A DNA stretch of 64,000 nt, taken from assembly GCA_002691145.1 (NCBI GenBank), contig NZHE01000026.1:15678-79677 (forward strand), given 5' to 3'. Shown piece by piece: positions 63,574-64,000 of this stretch. The notes beneath the pieces are model-generated. The model did no database searches, was not told the origin of the DNA, and saw only the letters and a program-made list of their open reading frames with translations. Each line of letters begins with the position of its first letter. Position 1 is the first letter of the stretch. This DNA comes from Rickettsiales bacterium. GTDB lineage: Bacteria > Pseudomonadota > Alphaproteobacteria > Methylaequorales > Methylaequoraceae. The translations under genes and the position numbers were made by a program.

Positions 63574-64000
63574 ATGAAAAGATTACTAATTACAGGAGGA
63601 GCAGGTTTCATAGCTCATCATACTATAAGACACTTTCTAGAGAACACTGATTGGGAAATTGTATCCCTAGATAGACTTGATTATTCAGGAAATTTAAATA
63701 GGATTCATGACATGATGAACGAGGTGAAAACTAATAAAAAAAATAGACTGAAAATTGTTTATCATGATCTAAGAGCAGAAGTTAATCAAATGATTACAGC
63801 AGATTTAGGTCAATTTGATTACATTATTCACATGGCAGCATCTTCTCATGTTGATAGATCAATAGAAGATCCGATGTGCTTTGTATTGGATAATGTAGTC
63901 GCAACTTGTAACATCTTAAACTTTGCTAGAAATCAGGATAATTTAGAAAGATTTGTTTATTTCAGCACTGATGAAGTATTCGGCCCAGCTCCTGATGGAA
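63574..64000 (+). CDS. rfbB: NAD-dependent epimerase/dehydratase, dTDP-glucose 4,6-dehydratase-like (RfbB); 5' part only, runs off the window end
   Basis: ATG at 63574; MKRLLITGGAGFIAHHTIRHFL...YFSTDEVFGPAPDG matches the extended-SDR GxxGxxG and STDEVYG motifs of RfbB. Confidence 0.7.
   Translation, partial: MKRLLITGGAGFIAHHTIRHFLENTDWEIVSLDRLDYSGNLNRIHDMMNEVKTNKKNRLKIVYHDLRAEVNQMITADLGQFDYIIHMAASSHVDRSIEDPMCFVLDNVVATCNILNFARNQDNLERFVYFSTDEVFGPAPDG

Overview
Very AT-rich (~29% GC), tightly packed alphaproteobacterial chromosome segment; gene content and synteny look SAR11/Pelagibacter-like (inference). The left third (1-24 kb) is accessory-looking and appears organised around zinc homeostasis. 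It holds a COG0523 (CobW/ZigA-like) GTPase with a DUF1289 partner; a lone cobT-cobS pair next to a PqqA-like 25-aa peptide gene; a Xi-class GST (YqjG); and three perfect 15-bp palindromes matching the Zur-box consensus TGTTATAWTATAACA. One palindrome precedes a conserved hypothetical gene. The other two sit in tandem in a divergent promoter between a TonB-dependent receptor and a MerP/MerT-like operon. The same third also holds a Fur-family (probable Zur) regulator followed by a MoxR-AAA/VWA pair and a MORN protein; a photolyase-family FAD-domain protein; a lactate permease; and an ABC exporter-type transporter whose FtsX permease carries a histidine-rich loop, plus a DUF3299-like partner. The remaining two thirds are core housekeeping genes: mfd, sdhE, recG, tRNA-Lys, ppiA, coaD, gyrA, ssb, uvrA, secDF-yajC, nlpD-pcm-serS, tatABC, scpAB, nagZ, argS, dgt, erpA, xth, ilvD, valS and tolC. 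Two tRNAs (Cys, Asn) follow, then the start of an rfbB-like surface-polysaccharide gene. The sequence as given contains six single-base frameshifts, each inside an A or T homopolymer of 8-12 nt, breaking five genes: serS, tatC (two sites), moxR, a ydjM-like hydrolase and a DUF815 ATPase. No CRISPR arrays, IS elements or rRNA genes were seen. Coordinates for features not taken from the ORF track are accurate to about +/-2 nt.
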